The notes under the pieces are model-generated. The model worked only from the letters and a program-made list of their open reading frames with translations. It did not search any database and had not been told where the DNA came from. From Candidatus Bathyarchaeota archaeon (lineage in GTDB: Archaea > Thermoproteota > Bathyarchaeia > Bathyarchaeales > Bathycorpusculaceae): a stretch of 64,000 nucleotides of DNA. The first letter of the stretch is position 1. Each line of letters opens with the position of its first letter. Below are positions 60,648 to 64,000 of the stretch, piece after piece. Location: the NCBI GenBank assembly GCA_963782525.1, contig CAWAKC010000003.1:1-64000 (forward strand), read 5' to 3'. The translations under genes and the position numbers were made by a program.

Positions 60648-60963
60648 TTTTAGCTAGGAGTCGCCCTTGTACCCTGCTCGTAAACACTGTCCTTTCTTTT
60701 TGCCACAACGCCTCCAACATATTGGCAACCACAACTCTGTAGTTATTACTGGTTTTTTTTTATCATAGTATGTTCGCCTTCGGAATGTTTTAGTAAAAGA
60801 GGGATGGCGTGTTTGAGACGACCGTTATGATTAAGGTCTTCGCATTTTTTTACCTAAGCACTTACGTTCTGGCAACTCGTCAGCTTTCCACTTTTAACTA
60901 TCTCTCCATTAAGGGTGTTAGTCGTTTCAGCGCCTTGCTTTTTAAGTCATTTCGGAAATAGCA

Positions 60964-61464
60964 ATGTGCGTTTTATGGTTGATTTGTATAGATCTTGTGA
61001 CGCTTGCGGAAAAAGGATTGGCGGAGGCTTCTATTAACGAAAACAGTGAAAATGGCGTTTTAATGCATAATGTACCCTTTGAATCAGGATCAAACGACAG
61101 AATTAGGCCAAGAGCGCTTATTTTTAAGGCGCGGGATAAGGAGCTTTCTAAAATTAAGAAGATAATTGAGACAGATTTTCCAGAGGTTAAAATATTATAT
61201 ATTACGACTGGTCCTCCGTTGAGCATTCTTCGGGTTATTAAGTCAACGCCTTTAGAAAACCAGAACTCTTCTGTCAACTACTTTATACTATTGAGTAACG
61301 GACCGAAGAGATTTTTCAATAAATTGGATAACTCATTTGGGTTCGCATGCGGAAATAGAGAAGGTATAAAAATAATTGATGAAATCCGCGGTAGCCTTAG
61401 CAGAAAATGCATTACGGTTTCTTTTGCAATATGTGCCTTGACAAATCATTTGCCAATTAAGTAA
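60964..61464 (+). CDS. Hypothetical protein (boundaries uncertain)
   Basis: The core RPRALIFKARD...FPEVKILYITTGP looks protein-like; the flanks do not. Confidence 0.3.
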   Translation: MCVLWLICIDLVTLAEKGLAEASINENSENGVLMHNVPFESGSNDRIRPRALIFKARDKELSKIKKIIETDFPEVKILYITTGPPLSILRVIKSTPLENQNSSVNYFILLSNGPKRFFNKLDNSFGFACGNREGIKIIDEIRGSLSRKCITVSFAICALTNHLPIK

Positions 61465-61492
61465 GGCCAAAACAAATTGTTTAAAAAAATTG

Positions 61493-61933
61493 TTAACGAA
61501 ATTTTCTTGATTTGCTTTCGGAACAGTGAGGGTTAAAGCAATTAAGACATCCTTTAGGGAAGGTTTGGCAGAGTTGTTTTTTCTTGAAACCCCATTTCTT
61601 TCTTAATTCGTCGGCTTCAGCTTCTTGATCGTCTACCTTGTTTTGTGTCTTAGTATAGTTGAGGTAGGCATGGGCGATTTCATGTGCAATTAAGGATTCT
61701 GAGTCGGTTCTTTTTAGAATTATCATATAAGACTTTTTTATTTCTTTTACTTGTATGGTTTGACTTTGGCCTGCATGAAATGAGATTTTCTGTAAGGTAA
61801 ATTGGTAAACTTCTTCAGGTAACCTCGCCAAAGTATTCAGTAATCTTTTATGGAGGGTGCTCCATCGTTGAGCAAGATGAATAAACTCGTCAATATCACT
61901 TTCAAAATCTATTTCAGATTTATCTTTTCTCAT
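61493..61933 (-). CDS. Hypothetical HExxH (zincin-like) protein with C-terminal Cys cluster
   Basis: LIAHEIAHAYL...EAEAD...WGF, then C-x5-CxxC-x4-C. Confidence 0.55.
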   Translation of the reverse strand: MRKDKSEIDFESDIDEFIHLAQRWSTLHKRLLNTLARLPEEVYQFTLQKISFHAGQSQTIQVKEIKKSYMIILKRTDSESLIAHEIAHAYLNYTKTQNKVDDQEAEADELRKKWGFKKKQLCQTFPKGCLNCFNPHCSESKSRKFR

Positions 61934-62050
61934 ATTTTTTCTCCATAATCTTGTTGTGCACTAAATATAACTTGCTTGATGCCTTCTTGATAGAATTACG
62001 TCGTTTAATTAATTTATTAATGCGCTCAAGTTACAATTTCTTGATACTTC

Positions 62051-63004
62051 ATGAATTATTATTAGCCTATGCTTGCAAAGTCAATTTCTAAGTCTTTTTC
62101 TTGCAAGGATTGGTTTTTTTGAAGTCAAGTGGGATGGTTTTCAAGCAATAGCTTACGTTGACGACTTCTTTACAGTTCAGAGCCGCAACTCAAAGGAACT
62201 GAAACATTTTTTTCCTGAATTTGAAGAACTTAGGCAGTAGGCTAAGAATGTGGTCGTTGATGGCGAAATCGTTACAATGAAGGCGGGAAAAGTGGATTTT
62301 CACTCCCTCCAGGAAAGAGGCCACCAGATTTCAACCAAAGATATATAGCGATTACGACTCCAGTCGCCGGCAACCTACGTTGTTTTTGGTATTTTAGAGA
62401 AGATGGAGAGCCACTTGTTGGACTTCCCTTGATTGAAAGAAAAGGGATTCTGAAAAAATCGGTTAAGGAAAGCTCGCATGTAATAATCAACGATTACGTC
62501 GAAGAGAAAGGCGTAAAATTCTACCAAGCGGTTTTGATCTTGAAGGCATGGTCGCCAAACGCTAGGACAGCAGCTATGAACAAGGGTTTAGAACGGGCAG
62601 CTGGCTGAAAGTTAAGAATCTAAAAACATGCGACTTCGTTATTTTTGGCTATTCAAAAGGTGTCGGCGCAAAAGAATCAAAGTTTGGCGCTTTAATCGTG
62701 GGTCTGTATAATGAAGAAAGAAAACCAGTCTACATCGCTCACGTTGGCACGGGCTTTGCTCAGAAGATGCTCGATTCTCTGATGATTGAGTTTAGAAAAA
62801 TCAAAATTGTCCTAGCACCTTTCAGCGTTCGAAGCATGGACGGGTGATGTGGCTTAAGCCTAAGATTGTTTGCGAAGTTATTTATCAAGTAATCACCAGG
62901 GATTGCAGATTAAGGATGCCCGTCTCCAAATGCTAAGGACTGATAAAGACCCCAGCGAATGCACCATCGACCAAATAGACGGCAAGGGAAAAGATTTTTC
63001 CTAA
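62051..63004 (+). pseudogene. ligD: Second degraded LigD-type ATP-dependent ligase
   Basis: PMLA, EVKWDG, VVDGEIV, EGMVAKR*DS.YEQG.R.GSWLKVK, HVGTGF, LRTDKDP; several in-frame stops and frameshifts. Confidence 0.85.
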
Positions 63005-64000
63005 ATTATGTAATTCAAGGATTAACGACAAACTAAGATAGAGTCTTAGCTGAAGACGCATAACCGTCTCATTACAGTATATTCAAGCTACGTATTAAAA
63101 TTTAATTTAGACGTATAATACTGTTTTACTTCTTTGAATTATCGGCTTGGGTCTGTCTCGAACGATTATCGTTGGCTTGCTTTTGTCTCGAACTATTGGC
63201 AGCATTTGCTTTTCTTGCTACGCTGCTCCTGTTTGGGGCGGAGGTTGCCGATCCTTCTGGTCTGTGTTGTTTACGCAAAAATATTCACCTAAATACTATA
63301 GCACTTTGTTCTTAATTTGTCTTACATTGAGTGCCCGAAACATGTACTTTTGAGTTTTGATTTATAGAATAACTGCCAAAATATTTAACTAAAAATAGCT
63401 GCTCTTGGAAAGCCTTAAGCGTTTACCTTAGTCAAATTACGTTAAAATCGCCAAAGTAAACAAAGTTAATCATGCCTCAGGCACTAAGTTTTCTATTAAA
63501 GTGCGTACAAAAGAAAACAAAGAAATATTCGCGGGATTTTGAACTTTTGTGCCTTGATAAAATCAAAGGCAAGTTAGTTATCTATAGCCAGAATTAATGG
63601 AGCTAGAGGCTGGGAGTTTCACCCAGCGTCTATGACTTTGCAAGTCATCGTCTGCTCTCGACCACCCTAGCATTAATGGAGCCGTACAAGAACCGTTTTG
63701 GCAACACATGATATTAAGGATTATTCCGAAATAAGATATTGAAAAAAAGGAGTTTATCTTATACCAGCTATCCAGGAAAAGATAGACGGAATACAAGAAT
63801 AACCTATGAATTAAAAAGTACATAAACATGGAACGCGCAACAGTTTTTTATGAAGTATTTGGCAAACTAAGGCACCCTTGATTAGATGAAGCTTATATTT
63901 GGAGATCATTATCAGTGATATGGTTGCAAATGTGTGCATTTCAAATAGAAAAGTGCCAAGTAGTTTGGTCAAAAGATGCTTCATCCGAAAACGATAGACA

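Larger units (their letters stand above)
59806..60920 (-). pseudogene. ligD: Degraded LigD-type ATP-dependent DNA ligase, interrupted by IS200
   Basis: GEIV and GVVAKRKDSVYEQG...*LK lie right of the IS; IK..LDFGILGYTKGEGVR.STFGSLLVG...VCEVSY lies left of it. Confidence 0.75.

Noticed and set aside
60079-60700. TnpB/omegaRNA system
   Set aside because: The right-end hairpin follows the tnpA stop directly, leaving no room for tnpB.
1012-63829. Numerous antisense or nested ORFs in the track (e.g. 1282-1608, 4009-4542, 33288-33818, 55313-55792, 63147-63353, 63578-63829)
   Set aside because: They are shadows of well-supported genes on the other strand or lack any protein-like motif.

Overview
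Archaeal chromosomal window, most likely Bathyarchaeia. This is an inference from TACK-like informational genes, frequent TTG/GTG starts, a PQQ-like beta-propeller surface protein and PAS-rich kinases. 1-34 kb is mostly housekeeping: alkA, an ABC-2 exporter, msrA, sdhAB-aspA, aIF-1A/RIO1/KH, aIF-2beta, uppS, ychF, vapBC, PolB, dnaG, a ParB-like protein and an MFS transporter. Several of these genes carry single-base frameshifts that look like long-read errors. 37-54 kb is a signalling island: three PAS histidine kinases, a receiver protein, a DUF3227/NitrOD5-like protein, wHTH and Lrp regulators, a TrmB-7xPAS one-component regulator and a single-cyclin mini-TFB. In its middle is the best candidate for a new system, a three-gene extracellular fibre operon (47171-50204). 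It encodes a secreted subunit with no charged residue in its mature part, a larger paralogous subunit, and a dedicated SipW/Sec11-type signal peptidase fused to a cytoplasmic Zn ribbon and a DUF3227-like domain. This arrangement resembles TasA/SipW biofilm-fibre loci. After tRNA-Gly(GCC) at 54263 the region is decaying, with an IS5-like element, an IS200 element, two ligD pseudogenes and an orphan tRNA 5' fragment. Other points of note are a PolB with degenerate exonuclease motifs, a candidate C/D-like sRNA and a triple inverted-repeat array. All calls come from reading motifs by eye; no database searches were run.
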